DNA of 64,000 bases from contig JBNKCR010000034.1 in the NCBI GenBank assembly GCA_050287845.1, forward strand, positions 32,001 to 96,000. Direction: 5' to 3'. Origin of the DNA: Polyangia bacterium. GTDB taxonomy: Bacteria > Myxococcota_A > Polyangia > JAAYKL01. Below, in pieces: positions 19,701 to 29,411 of the stretch. Within the stretch, counting starts at the first letter, position 1. Every line of letters begins with the position of its first letter. The position numbers and the translations under genes were made by a program. Under the pieces are notes generated by a model. It saw only the letters and a list, made by a program, of their open reading frames with translations, was not told the origin of the DNA and did no database searches.

Positions 19701-21634
19701 TTGCACTGCTTGAAAACAGCGGACATCGCGCGGAGCTGGCAAGAAGTCTGGTGCGGTTTTTCAGTGGAAAACTTTCCGGCATCGGCGAGGTGAAACGGGC
19801 GGCGGATTTTTTTCTGGCGGATGGGCTGTTTGATGAGGCGGTGTCCGCGTTGCGTGATGCGTATCGGTTGGCGCCTGAGGTGGAGACCGCCAGAATGCTG
19901 GCCAATGCACTTGCCCGGGCAGGCCGGGACACCGAGTCCAGGCAATTGTTGATGGATATTGCCGGTGAGGATAGTCATGCCCGGGATCAATTGCTTACCC
20001 ACTATGAATCCCGGGGTGAGCTGGATGAGATGGTGGCGCTGCTCACCGCAAGTCAGTCCGGTGATCGCAGGGACGAAGAAAAGCGTTTGGAAAAACTGGC
20101 CCGGGTGCTTCAGCTGAAAGGCGATGATTTACAGGCGGCGGGATATTATCTTGAAGCGGCGGAATTGTCGGAATCGGATGACACTGTCCGGGAAATGTAT
20201 GCGCGGGTAATAGAGATTGCCGTGAATCGGGTGCACCCGCAGATGTATGCCCGGGCGCTGGACGGAATGAAGGGGTTCACGTCTGAAGAGCAGATGGCGG
20301 AAATGAAGCTGACGCTGTCGGTGATGTATTTTCGCAATGACATGGCCGAAGAGGCGTCGCTGCTGCTGGAACCCGAAGACTGTCTTCGTGCTCTTTCTCT
20401 GGAACAGCTGCTGAAAGCGGTAGAGGAAAATCGGGAGATGGGCCCCCTGGTCCACCGGGTTCTCGAATATGCGGTGGAACAGGAAAAATGGGCAGAAGCG
20501 GATCAACTTCTCACGATATTGCTCTTTTTCGAAAAGGACGATGGCCGCTACGGGTTGCTCAAAAGGCGGGCGGAACTTCGGTCGCAGCATCTCGGTGATA
20601 GGGACGGGGCAGCCTCGGACTGGATGGAAATCGGAGAATATTATCAGAAGGAACTCGAAAACGAAGCAGAAGCTATGGCGTGTTTCCGGCGAAGTCTGAC
20701 GTTGAACGGCGCAAATATGCAGGCATTGATGCAACTGGGGGAGCGCGCGTATTCCATCCGGGATTGGGAGGAACTTGGCGCGTTGCTCCAGCTGGCAGCG
20801 GGTGTGAGCTGGCATCCGCGGGTTGCGCTGTGGAAAGCGCTGATTGCGGAAATGGCAGGTCGGACCGAAGAAGCGTTTGCATTATATGAAGAGTTGCAGG
20901 ATCGGGCACCACAGATGGACGAGGCAAACGAGGGATATTTACGCACGGTTCCCGAAGAAGGCTATGAAGGCAATGTGCGGCAGGCGCTGGCGGTGGTCCG
21001 ACGTCAGGGGGGATTGGGTCAGATGTCAGCGGCGGTGCATCGGAAAGCAGCGCGGGCGTATCTGGCAGGCACCGAAATGGACAACGCCAGACGCCATCTT
21101 GAAATTGCACTGAGCCTGGAGCCCCTCGACCGGAATTCGCTGTTGCTGCTGGCCCATGTATATGAAGCCGGCGGGCAATCGTCCGCGCGCGCATATACTC
21201 TCGAAAAAGTGGCGGAACTGGTAACCGGGGATGAGCGCATCGATTACTTCGTGGCGAGCGGTCGAATATTTCTGGATGAGTTGAACGACCCGGTTCGCGC
21301 AATGAATCTCTTCACACGGGCGGCGGCCATTTCCAGAAATGAGCCGGATGTGCTGCTGGGGCTTGCGGATTGCTCCTGGGCCATTGGCGAATGGGGCGGC
21401 GTGACATCCAGTCTGGAGCGGCTCCGCCTGGTGGCCCCCCACCTGGCCATTGACGCGGTTCGAATGTATCGGTTTGCCGCGGCGCTGTTCAGAACCGGAG
21501 AATGGCCGGTAGCCGATGTGCTGGAACTGCTGGAACGCACCATCCCGGTGTTGACCGGCAGTGAACGGCAGGACGCTGAAGCGCTGGATGAAAAATTGAA
21601 ACTGGAGTTGGCCTCCAGGAAGGGACGGAAATGA
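16760..21634 (+). CDS. Giant tetratricopeptide-repeat protein (1624 aa)
   Basis: Helical TPR-like repeats over most of the length (for example AAAHFENVLVADPQNEDAQWGLA). ATGA overlap with prmA. Confidence 0.8.
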   Translation: MARRLRLQNRKDRRRFQRPVREYTDKPNSNGFSLKFAGGRGILELSGESIFDGITVELLEMVIDNIAFPFDVSRGVSGLASRRLKLHRISIEVALDAVSGYLSQRIAHNPWMHGLELAFYDDHISVSLMYGPVETAVPFSFRLIPVSWQNAFALMIDDVRCYGAMPAPLFSISAICATELTGFEMEGSFVIPKNPVKLALLHLLPAKGWRLPSYDDVQVEEFSLQSRRCSISFKAESGSDSSGDILRTLLSMPTLKRFEELRASRDVDTLIARGMMDEARRQLSGQFNRTPDNPSVVTRLAMLNILEPTLRRAELKRLLEKLSVWQNRSDALSIVAHGAALDGDVEMEMTALAQLFESGTPAEKVLTALRIAEVVGNTEPSRAIGFLEQAASVRRDNPEVLLALMELYGVERDIARLKTVISRWTVIHSEQVEQSAAHLEAGRVLLSVSEWYAAAAHFENVLVADPQNEDAQWGLAAALAGKGDAPRAITAYEQLAEKSRKKGADHTWAEALAHIGALWLEQEEPELAVSRLQESIGVNPDSVVQMKLAEALITLGRFEQAVMHYEEALETAPRKDDAFGKGALTLARLFFQELEDFDAARHWIEQAKRIESVRAEALELNIQVLEKQKKWRELAVALERNLLKEGPNASLDTVARLARARIAAGELTSAISTIESALAQHPHHAILLDVYIDALRRHKDHDRLADALQRRVETISSDETRVRLLTELGQVQHGTGKVADSLSAFREAVTLAPGNMTARAGLVEAMRATHDERLPDELNRLIAMYDEEGEVTKVAETQFALAEELFRVGESRKAISLVKEALPRLGGGKRKGATLLVMAQSLLAEKEYAIAREILEGIEPDGDAVDGFSVSLSLATASYHQGDFEMAYRSAVAAGSGPVALRGKALRILVDAAIHIGKLRDALGVLKRVAENIGEDEAMALLEYGADLAWRELEDIRLARDFYESIFALSPDNDRARNRLIALLENSGHRAELARSLVRFFSGKLSGIGEVKRAADFFLADGLFDEAVSALRDAYRLAPEVETARMLANALARAGRDTESRQLLMDIAGEDSHARDQLLTHYESRGELDEMVALLTASQSGDRRDEEKRLEKLARVLQLKGDDLQAAGYYLEAAELSESDDTVREMYARVIEIAVNRVHPQMYARALDGMKGFTSEEQMAEMKLTLSVMYFRNDMAEEASLLLEPEDCLRALSLEQLLKAVEENREMGPLVHRVLEYAVEQEKWAEADQLLTILLFFEKDDGRYGLLKRRAELRSQHLGDRDGAASDWMEIGEYYQKELENEAEAMACFRRSLTLNGANMQALMQLGERAYSIRDWEELGALLQLAAGVSWHPRVALWKALIAEMAGRTEEAFALYEELQDRAPQMDEANEGYLRTVPEEGYEGNVRQALAVVRRQGGLGQMSAAVHRKAARAYLAGTEMDNARRHLEIALSLEPLDRNSLLLLAHVYEAGGQSSARAYTLEKVAELVTGDERIDYFVASGRIFLDELNDPVRAMNLFTRAAAISRNEPDVLLGLADCSWAIGEWGGVTSSLERLRLVAPHLAIDAVRMYRFAAALFRTGEWPVADVLELLERTIPVLTGSERQDAEALDEKLKLELASRKGRK

Positions 21635-22491
21635 GCGGAAGAACGTTTGGGATTTGTATCACCGTACAGGAGGAGGGGGGCGAAGACCTGCCCTGGGAGC
21701 TGCACGACCTGGGCGCTGCGGGGGTGGAGACCCGGGACGCAACCACCATGACGGGGGTGACAGCAGCTGATACCGTGGTGTATATTGCCGGATTTGGTGA
21801 TGAAAGCCGTCGAAATCAGGCGGCGGAGGTACTGGGTCGGAAATATCCGGGCCTGGAACTGTCGCGATTGGAAATTACGGACGATGGCTGGAGTGAGGGA
21901 TGGAAGAAGTTTTTCAAACCGGTGGTGCTCGAAAAGGTGCAGGTTATCACGCCCTGGATGGAGGCTCCCGAAGAGCGGGACGTGACGATTGTGATTGATC
22001 CCGGACAGGCCTTTGGCACCGGTGGCCATGCCACCACCCGGCTTATGCTGCAATTCATCGAAAAGCGCAGTGCCCCGGGGTTTCCGGAGACGATTCTCGA
22101 CGTGGGGACCGGATCCGGAGTACTGGCCATCGCCTGCGCCAGACTTGGCGCGTCCGCAGTTGTGGGGTTTGATGTGGAGGAACCGGCAGTGGATGCCGCC
22201 AGGGAGAATGCGAAGCGCAACCATGTGGGCGATGCCGTGTCCGTGATGGTGGCGTCCCCGGAACTGGTGAAAGGTCAGTGGCCCATGGTTCTGGCCAATA
22301 TTCAACTGGCCGTTTTTCTCGAACACGCCGACAACATCGCGAATCTGGTGTCCCCCGGTGGCACATTGCTTATCAGCGGCATCCTGGCGGAGCAGCGGGA
22401 ACGTTGTCTCGCACTGTGGCCACAGTTTTCACTTCGTGAAGTGATGCAGGAAGAAGAATGGCTTGCCATGCGTCTGGAGAAGAATTCATGA
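21631..22491 (+). CDS. prmA: Ribosomal protein L11 methyltransferase
   Basis: IDPGQAFGTGGHATT, LDVGTGSGVLAI, LANI and ISGIL. Confidence 0.95.
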   Translation: MSGRTFGICITVQEEGGEDLPWELHDLGAAGVETRDATTMTGVTAADTVVYIAGFGDESRRNQAAEVLGRKYPGLELSRLEITDDGWSEGWKKFFKPVVLEKVQVITPWMEAPEERDVTIVIDPGQAFGTGGHATTRLMLQFIEKRSAPGFPETILDVGTGSGVLAIACARLGASAVVGFDVEEPAVDAARENAKRNHVGDAVSVMVASPELVKGQWPMVLANIQLAVFLEHADNIANLVSPGGTLLISGILAEQRERCLALWPQFSLREVMQEEEWLAMRLEKNS

Positions 22492-23216
22492 CGCGAATTC
22501 TGCTGTCGACCTCCCTGGGTGACGTTTCTTCCGGAGAGGTGGTGGAAGTGACCGGAGAGGAACTGCACTATCTGAAAAATGTCCGACGCCACGGTGCGGG
22601 AGATACGGTGATTCTGGTGGACAACGATGCCAACAGTTTTGAAGCGATTGTGCTGCGGGTGGACAGTGCTCAGGCCACCCTGTCGCTCGGGCAGCCGTTG
22701 ACCAATGGCGTGGTGCCGCTGAACGTGCACATTCTGGCTGCGGTACCTAAGGAGAAGCTCCTTGATGATGTGGTGCGCAAGCTCAGTGAACTGGGGGTGA
22801 ACCGGTTCACTCCGCTTATCTGTGAACGGTCGTCGGTTGTGCCCGGTGCACAACGTCAGGAACGGTGGCAGCGTATTGCGACACAGTCGATGCGGCAATG
22901 TCGGCGGCAGCGGGTGCTGGACATCGATTCGGCGGTCGATTTTGACACGGCAGTGCGCACCCTCCGGGCCGCGCATCGATTCATGCTGCATCCGGACGGT
23001 GGCGTGACCCTGGGAGCGCTGATGCAATCGCGGGGTGAAGGGGACACGGCCATTCTCGTCGGTCCGGAAGGTGGTTTTTCGCCCCGGGAGGTGGCATTGG
23101 CCACTGAACATTCGTTTAAGTCGATGCGGGCGGGACACTCCATTTTGCGTATGGAAACCGCAATGCTGGTGGCATCGGTGGCGGGCATTGCGATGCTTGG
23201 CGGGTATGACGTGTGA
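22488..23216 (+). CDS. rsmE: 16S rRNA m3U1498 methyltransferase
   Basis: HYLKNVRR, KLSELGV, QCRR, VGPEGGFS and ILRMETA. ATGA overlap with prmA. Confidence 0.93.
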   Translation: MTRILLSTSLGDVSSGEVVEVTGEELHYLKNVRRHGAGDTVILVDNDANSFEAIVLRVDSAQATLSLGQPLTNGVVPLNVHILAAVPKEKLLDDVVRKLSELGVNRFTPLICERSSVVPGAQRQERWQRIATQSMRQCRRQRVLDIDSAVDFDTAVRTLRAAHRFMLHPDGGVTLGALMQSRGEGDTAILVGPEGGFSPREVALATEHSFKSMRAGHSILRMETAMLVASVAGIAMLGGYDV

Positions 23217-23365
23217 ACCAGCGCTGTCGGACCCGGCTGAGGGAAGGTGTCGCATGTGGTCTGTCCGGTGACAGAAACGTTTTGTGCTATATTCTTGATC
23301 TTGGCGGCAATTCAGGGAAAGATGGCGAGAAAGTTAATGACAAATATTCATTGGAAACATAAGGG

Positions 23366-26300
23366 ATGTTTCGTTATGCTGGCGGTTCTATGGGCGCTTT
23401 AAGTTCACTACTCGTTCAAAATCAGATTCTGAGTGTCACTCAGATTGAGCAGGCACTGCAACGTCAGGTAATTCTTGGCGGTGATCTGCCGACCATACTC
23501 CTTGAGTTGCGCATGCTGGACGAGAAGTTGCTGGCCACTTACATGAGCAGGGTGGTCGGGATTACGGAACTCGACAGCGCTTTGTATGATTCGCCGGATT
23601 TATCTCTTGGAGAGTTGATTTCCAGAGATACCGCAGTATCGTGCAGGGCGGTTCCCATTCGGAAAGACGAAAAGCTCGTTGTTGCAGTAACCGGCACACT
23701 GTCGCAGACATGCATTGAAAGATTGCAGGTTGAGTCGGGAATGATGGTGGTGCCGAATCTGATCCTGGAATTCCGGTTTGCGCTGCTGTTGAATCAGATG
23801 TATGGCGTTCCATTGCCCGGCCGGATGACACCCCTTCAGAAAAAGCTGTTACCCGATTTCAAGCCGTCGCAGTTTGTCCCGGAGAAAACATCATTTGAAC
23901 GTCCCGCTGCCAAATCCGAATCTTCAGCCGAGCTGGAAAATGAGGTGGATGAGAAAATTTCGGTCTCCGTGAAATCCACCCAAAAACGCGGCGCAGAGCC
24001 TACGAGTCGGTTGTATCGGAGCGATCAACCCATTCAGAAGCTGGTTATCGGGAAAGAGCCGGCTTCCGAAGATGACGTGGAAAAGGACGACGAATCCACA
24101 AGCCCCCCCAGACGGGATACGCCGCTTCGAATCGATGATATCGCTGCCCGGGTGCGGCTGACGGCACCACCGGAATCCATAATGCCCGATCCGGAGGCGC
24201 TGGAGTCCGAAGCAGAAACAGAATTTGCGTCATCGGTACCGGCCAGACCTGCCGTGACCATCCCGCCGGGAAGGGCATCGGATCCGGGAATGCCCCTTTT
24301 GACCCGCAAGAATCTGAAAAAGCGTCTACTCAGTTTTTCTGAAGCTGCGGAGATGTTGGAGAAGGCGGAGAATCGCGATGAAATCATGGAAACCTTTTTC
24401 CATTTTGCACATCAGGCGTTTGATTTTACCTTTCTGGCGGTGGTTCATGGAGAGGATGCCGCAGGAAGACTGGCGGCATATCGGGGCGGCAGTTTCAATG
24501 ACGCTGATTTTGTGTCCATTCAGCTCAACGAAGGCGGGCTTTTTGAGAAGGCCTACAAAACCACCGAATATCAGATTGGCCCGATGGATGACATGGCCGG
24601 CTTGAATGCACTGAATCAGCTGGGACTGGATGTTCCGCTGAATGCAACCGTTATTCCGGTTGTGTTGAAGCGTCGCGTTATTCTGTTGCTTTACGGCGAC
24701 AGCGGGCATCACGGCATTCGCGCCAGGCGGGTCGATCGCATATTTGAGTTTTCAAAGCTGGTGGCTTCGGCGTTCGAGCGGTTGTTACTGGCGAGAAAAC
24801 TGAGAAAATTCAGCAGTGTACCCCCCCCACCCGCCGCGTCACAGGGAGATGATGCGAATGAGGCGATTAAGGTGGACTCGAAAACTGTGGCAAGGCGGAA
24901 ACGGGATTTATCTGCGTTTTTAAATTCGGGAATGGGCGGTGACGAGATCAGGGAGGGGTCGACGAACGGTCCGGACGACGTGGTATCGGCTTCGGCAACG
25001 GATTTGGAATCAGCGCTGGCTGGCAGTCGTTTTATTCCTGACTCCGAAAAATTGACTGTTCATGCGCCGGACATCGTTGAACGCACACTCGGGGAAGATG
25101 CGAAGAAAGCCACCGTGTCATCGGTTCCGCCCACCACGTTGGTGGACACAGATGCGCCTTCGGATCCGACTCAGCCGACGGTACGGATTTCTGTTTCGTC
25201 GAGGGGGTCGGTAAAACAGGTTGCCGATCATGATACCACGTTGAGAATTCAGGTGGAGGGGAAAGCCAAACGACCCGAGGCAACGGACACGCCACATCGT
25301 GCAGGCATCCGGATGATTCCGCCCATTCGTGTGGGTGAATCCAAATCCAGAGCGTCGCTGACGGATGACCTGCGTCCCTCATTGACAGATGAGGCAAAAC
25401 CGACTCCCGTTCAGGAATCGGAATTATCTGCGACCCAGAATACGATTGAAGCGGGTGAGTCGACAAAGGTTGTGACTACTTCTCCGTATGCCAGACCGGA
25501 TGCCGCATCGCTGGATACTCCCCAGCCGGACGAGCCGATGTCTTCATATGTGCCGCGAACATCGGTCGCCGATGGACGGTACATGCAGGTGGATCGGGAG
25601 TTTCAGAGCGGAGATCACAGAGAACGCAGAAAGACCGCCCAACAGTACATGTTGGAACCGGATGTTCGCAGTACCAGGAATTTGGGCGCTCCCGGGTCTT
25701 CATCGGGTGATGCTGATACCCCGCCGATTGTGCTCACGAAGGAAGATATGCGCCGAACAGCCGGATATGCGGATAACATTCTGCAGAGTGTTGCAGGTGC
25801 GGCGGGAGTAGACATCGACGTCGAAGCGCCGAAGTCGTCCGGGGAAGTGGAGACCTCATCTCAGGGGGAGCATAACGGGGAAACGGGTGTGACCGCCGAG
25901 ACCCGGTCCGCCTCGGACGAAGAGATGGTGGGGTTGGTGGAAGCACTGGTGTCCGGGAAATTCGACGAACACGTTCCGGCGAGGATTCTTGCGGGTGGGG
26001 AGTTGGCCATTACAGCGTTGATTGAGCATTTTCCAGGGCCACTCAGCTGTGATCGATTTCAGGAGATGGGGCAATTATCCGGGATTTCAAATCATGGGCC
26101 GGTTCTGGGATTGCTGATGCAGTTTGGCAACCGGATAGTGTCCCATGTGCTGCCGCTTCTCGAAAGTTTTGATTCAGAGATTCGGTTTTATGCCACTTTC
26201 GTTTTATATGAACTGGGCAATCGGGAGGTACTCTACCAACTGGTGAAACGGGTATTCGACAATGACCGTCAGATTCGTTCAATGGCGGTGGAAGCACTGA

Positions 26301-26788
26301 AGGCCCATCGGGATGCCTTTGAGTACAAGTCCTGTGTCGAAGATATTTCGATGATTCTGGTTGGGGCCATGTCAACCCTCGAAAAGAAACGGATTGCAGC
26401 GGATGCGCTGGCCAGGTTGGCTGATCCGATGACTGTCGAGCCATTGACCACAATGCTCGGATCCGTTGATGGGATTCTGGCGGAACGCTGTCAGCGGGCA
26501 CTGGTGAAAATTGCCTTCAGAGATTTCGGTTTTTCAGAGAAACGATGGATGGACTGGTACCGGAAGCACCGGAGCGAACATCGGTTGTCATGGGCCATCG
26601 AAGGTATTGTTGAGAAAAACGAGGATATCAGTCGTCGGGCGCTTCGGGTGTTACAGGATGAGGTGGGAGAACAATTTGATTTTCCCCTCGGCCCGCTGAG
26701 TTCCAGTCAGCGCAAGGATTTGCACAGACAGTTGCAGCACTGGTGGAAGAGTGAGGGAAAGCGACTTTTTCCCGATATTCCGGAATAA
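23366..26788 (+). CDS. FrgA-like protein: GspE-N/MshEN-like N-terminus, GAF-like domain, low-complexity linker, C-terminal HEAT repeats
   Basis: LSSLLVQ...QIEQALQRQVILGGDL, VIPVVLKRRVILLLYGD, and HEAT-like C-terminus (IRFYAT, DRQIRSMAVEAL). Confidence 0.7.
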   Translation: MFRYAGGSMGALSSLLVQNQILSVTQIEQALQRQVILGGDLPTILLELRMLDEKLLATYMSRVVGITELDSALYDSPDLSLGELISRDTAVSCRAVPIRKDEKLVVAVTGTLSQTCIERLQVESGMMVVPNLILEFRFALLLNQMYGVPLPGRMTPLQKKLLPDFKPSQFVPEKTSFERPAAKSESSAELENEVDEKISVSVKSTQKRGAEPTSRLYRSDQPIQKLVIGKEPASEDDVEKDDESTSPPRRDTPLRIDDIAARVRLTAPPESIMPDPEALESEAETEFASSVPARPAVTIPPGRASDPGMPLLTRKNLKKRLLSFSEAAEMLEKAENRDEIMETFFHFAHQAFDFTFLAVVHGEDAAGRLAAYRGGSFNDADFVSIQLNEGGLFEKAYKTTEYQIGPMDDMAGLNALNQLGLDVPLNATVIPVVLKRRVILLLYGDSGHHGIRARRVDRIFEFSKLVASAFERLLLARKLRKFSSVPPPPAASQGDDANEAIKVDSKTVARRKRDLSAFLNSGMGGDEIREGSTNGPDDVVSASATDLESALAGSRFIPDSEKLTVHAPDIVERTLGEDAKKATVSSVPPTTLVDTDAPSDPTQPTVRISVSSRGSVKQVADHDTTLRIQVEGKAKRPEATDTPHRAGIRMIPPIRVGESKSRASLTDDLRPSLTDEAKPTPVQESELSATQNTIEAGESTKVVTTSPYARPDAASLDTPQPDEPMSSYVPRTSVADGRYMQVDREFQSGDHRERRKTAQQYMLEPDVRSTRNLGAPGSSSGDADTPPIVLTKEDMRRTAGYADNILQSVAGAAGVDIDVEAPKSSGEVETSSQGEHNGETGVTAETRSASDEEMVGLVEALVSGKFDEHVPARILAGGELAITALIEHFPGPLSCDRFQEMGQLSGISNHGPVLGLLMQFGNRIVSHVLPLLESFDSEIRFYATFVLYELGNREVLYQLVKRVFDNDRQIRSMAVEALKAHRDAFEYKSCVEDISMILVGAMSTLEKKRIAADALARLADPMTVEPLTTMLGSVDGILAERCQRALVKIAFRDFGFSEKRWMDWYRKHRSEHRLSWAIEGIVEKNEDISRRALRVLQDEVGEQFDFPLGPLSSSQRKDLHRQLQHWWKSEGKRLFPDIPE

Positions 26789-27348
26789 TGCCAGTACAGC
26801 GGCGATTGGGGATATTGGGTGGAACGTTTGATCCACCACATCTGTCGCATCTCGAAATGGCGGATATGGTTTACGGGCGCGGGTTGGTGGACCGGGTGCT
26901 CATGATTCCATGCTATCATCATGCGTTCGGTAAAACCCCCGTGGTATTTGATCATCGCCTGGAGATGTGCCGTCTTTTAACCAGAAATTATTCATATATC
27001 GACGTGCTTGACGTGGAACGGAAAATGACGAATCCCGGCCGAACCCTTGAGCTGCTTACGGTGCTGGAATCCATGTTTCCGGATGCCACGTTTCGTCTTC
27101 TGGCCGGGGGAGATATTTATGAAGAGCGTCATAAATGGTATCAGTTTGATCTGGTGGAAAAAAAGGCGCCACTCATTTATCTGTCGAGGAAGGGCGTTCC
27201 GGCAAATGATGCGGAATGGCTCGATGCGCCGACGGAGATGAGTTCGAGTGATATCCGGCAGAAACTTGTCCGGCATGAGAGCGTGTCGGGACTTCTGTCC
27301 GATGCCGTGTTTGCGTATATTGTTGAACATCAACTGTATGGAGTATGA
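26788..27348 (+). CDS. nadD: Nicotinate-nucleotide adenylyltransferase
   Basis: GILGGTFDPPHLSH, HAFGK, KWY and SSSDIR. Confidence 0.93.
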   Translation: MPVQRRLGILGGTFDPPHLSHLEMADMVYGRGLVDRVLMIPCYHHAFGKTPVVFDHRLEMCRLLTRNYSYIDVLDVERKMTNPGRTLELLTVLESMFPDATFRLLAGGDIYEERHKWYQFDLVEKKAPLIYLSRKGVPANDAEWLDAPTEMSSSDIRQKLVRHESVSGLLSDAVFAYIVEHQLYGV

Positions 27349-28229
27349 GTATGGGAAGAAAAGTGTTTGTCATTGGCTGTGGCGCGGTTGGAACATCCCT
27401 TGGTTTCGCGCTGCGCAAAGCTGGCCGGGATGTGGTGGGAATCTATGATATCGATTCCCGACAGGCCCGAAAATCTTCGGAAATTATCGGCACCCGGGGA
27501 TTTGGCGGTGCGCTGCCGGAAATGGTGAAGACAGCGGACACGGTGGTTGTGACAACGCCGGATAAAAATATCGAGCATGTGGTGGCGCTGGTGCAGGCGG
27601 AGGAACTTTACAGCGAAAATCAGATATGGATTCACTGTTCAGGTCATCTGGCGGCAGATGTCTTTGATTCGATTCGCAGCCATGTGAAAGGGGTGGCCAC
27701 CATGCATCCCGCATATGTGTTTCCGCCACATCAGTGCACGCGGATTCCCGAGGGTGTCGGGTTTGCCATTGACGGAGATGACGCGGGAAAGGAGAAGGTG
27801 AGAGAGCATGTGGCGCTTCTCAAAGGCCATGTGGTAGAAATTGAGCCGGCATTGCGCCCCCGCTATCACGCAGCGATGGTGATGGCGAGCAACTACATCG
27901 TGACTCAGCTTTCCAGCGCCAGAAACATTCTGTCCACGGCGGGCATTGGCGACGCGGAGACAGATGAATTGCTTATCCGGCTTGCGGGAAGTGCATTGGA
28001 CAAGGCGCGCAGTCTTGGAATAGGGCATTCATTGAGCGGACCGGTACGTCGCGGCGATGTGGGGGTGGTGGCCGATCATCTCAAAGCGCTTGTGGACCTG
28101 CCCATTGTCCTTCAATTGTATATTGCCGCCGGAAAAGCAGCCGTGGAGCTGGCTGCATCAGAACCGGGATATTGTCAGGATACGGCGCAGACCCTCAGGG
28201 AAATGTTCGAAAAAACGGGCCATCAGTGA
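27345..28229 (+). CDS. Rossmann-like plus DUF2520 oxidoreductase (PanG-like ketopantoate reductase family)
   Basis: IGCGAVG, IHCSG, MHP, YHAAMVMASN and LSGPVRRGD. Confidence 0.85.
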   Translation: MSMGRKVFVIGCGAVGTSLGFALRKAGRDVVGIYDIDSRQARKSSEIIGTRGFGGALPEMVKTADTVVVTTPDKNIEHVVALVQAEELYSENQIWIHCSGHLAADVFDSIRSHVKGVATMHPAYVFPPHQCTRIPEGVGFAIDGDDAGKEKVREHVALLKGHVVEIEPALRPRYHAAMVMASNYIVTQLSSARNILSTAGIGDAETDELLIRLAGSALDKARSLGIGHSLSGPVRRGDVGVVADHLKALVDLPIVLQLYIAAGKAAVELAASEPGYCQDTAQTLREMFEKTGHQ

Positions 28230-28242
28230 CAAGAGATGCGTT

Positions 28243-29043
28243 TCACTCCGGCGTCCCATCGATCATGCGGCGATTGGGCAATGCCTGAGTGAATTCCCGC
28301 AGAGATATCTCTCTGGCGCGGTATCGGCCAGCCGCATTCAGATACTGGATGGCGGATTCCATTGCCCGGGCGGTGAGTTGCAGTGTGGCTTGTTTCAGCT
28401 GCGGGTTTTGGGGTGCGCGAGTGTTGAGCCAGGGGAACCACGGTTTGCTGTAAAGATATCCGAAGGCGCGAAAGCTCCGTTGCCATCTGGCGAGCGTGAC
28501 GTCCGCCGGAGCTCCGGGATACAGCCCAGAAAACACCGCACTGGTGAAACGGCACCAGTCCTGATGCGGGAAGAGCCATGTGACGCGAGCGGTGTACGCC
28601 GTGCCGACACCACCGTGTCCAAGCAGTTCCTGATGAGCCAGGATACCCATCTGGCGTTCGAGGGTGTCGTGAGAAATGGTGGTATTCTGAATGCGCCGTT
28701 CAATTTCAGCATGAAATACAATATCCACTGCGAAGTGGGTCAGTGCCCCATATGCCATTGCCAGGTGTTCGCCGGATTGGGCCCCATCGACAAGTTCGAC
28801 ACATAATTTCCGGCATTGCCCGTTGTGAATGGCCTGACCGAAGGGATGATAGACCGATGGCAGACCGAAAAGAATCTGCCATCCGGATAGCAGCAGGGTG
28901 TCGTAATAGGGCAGGTCAAACAGTGCGCTGCCGAGGAAGTATGCATCCGGGTGCAGTTGAATCAGATTCTGCACCGGTGCGGTCAGTTCCGGATGTTCGG
29001 CAATCCGGTGGGCCAGGGTAAGGTGGAGCAGGGTGTCCGCCAT
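28243..29043 (-). CDS. Zinc-dependent phospholipase C family protein
   Basis: N-terminal LLH, YFLGSALFD, YGALTHFAVDIVFH and HDTLE. Confidence 0.7.
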   Translation of the reverse strand: MADTLLHLTLAHRIAEHPELTAPVQNLIQLHPDAYFLGSALFDLPYYDTLLLSGWQILFGLPSVYHPFGQAIHNGQCRKLCVELVDGAQSGEHLAMAYGALTHFAVDIVFHAEIERRIQNTTISHDTLERQMGILAHQELLGHGGVGTAYTARVTWLFPHQDWCRFTSAVFSGLYPGAPADVTLARWQRSFRAFGYLYSKPWFPWLNTRAPQNPQLKQATLQLTARAMESAIQYLNAAGRYRAREISLREFTQALPNRRMIDGTPE

Positions 29044-29294
29044 TACAGCAGCGGGGAATATTCGGGGCTATCGACTCTTTCGATGCCCAGTTCTTCAACA
29101 AGTGCATCAATCAGGTTTTCGGCATCGGCAAGGAAGTGAGGGGCAATGGTTAAATCCAGTATTTCCGGCGTTTCCACTCGGGTGGTGGGGTTGGCAATCC
29201 CGTCGTGGGATTCCAGACACCATCGGATATAACCAATATCCCTGATATTCACCTTAATTGAGCGGACGGGCATTTTGCGGTTGAGATCGTTCAT
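29043..29294 (-). CDS. DUF4911-like small protein
   Basis: IGYIRWCLESHDGIA...T pattern, 83 aa. Confidence 0.65.
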   Translation of the reverse strand: MNDLNRKMPVRSIKVNIRDIGYIRWCLESHDGIANPTTRVETPEILDLTIAPHFLADAENLIDALVEELGIERVDSPEYSPLL

Positions 29295-29411
29295 GGCCGC
29301 TTCTTATCACAGAACAAAAATGGGAAGAAAAATAAAAGGTCATTTTTTTTGACCGTTATCCTACACATCCCTACAATGTATTCAGGGTGGACTGAATATA
29401 GAGGAAATATC

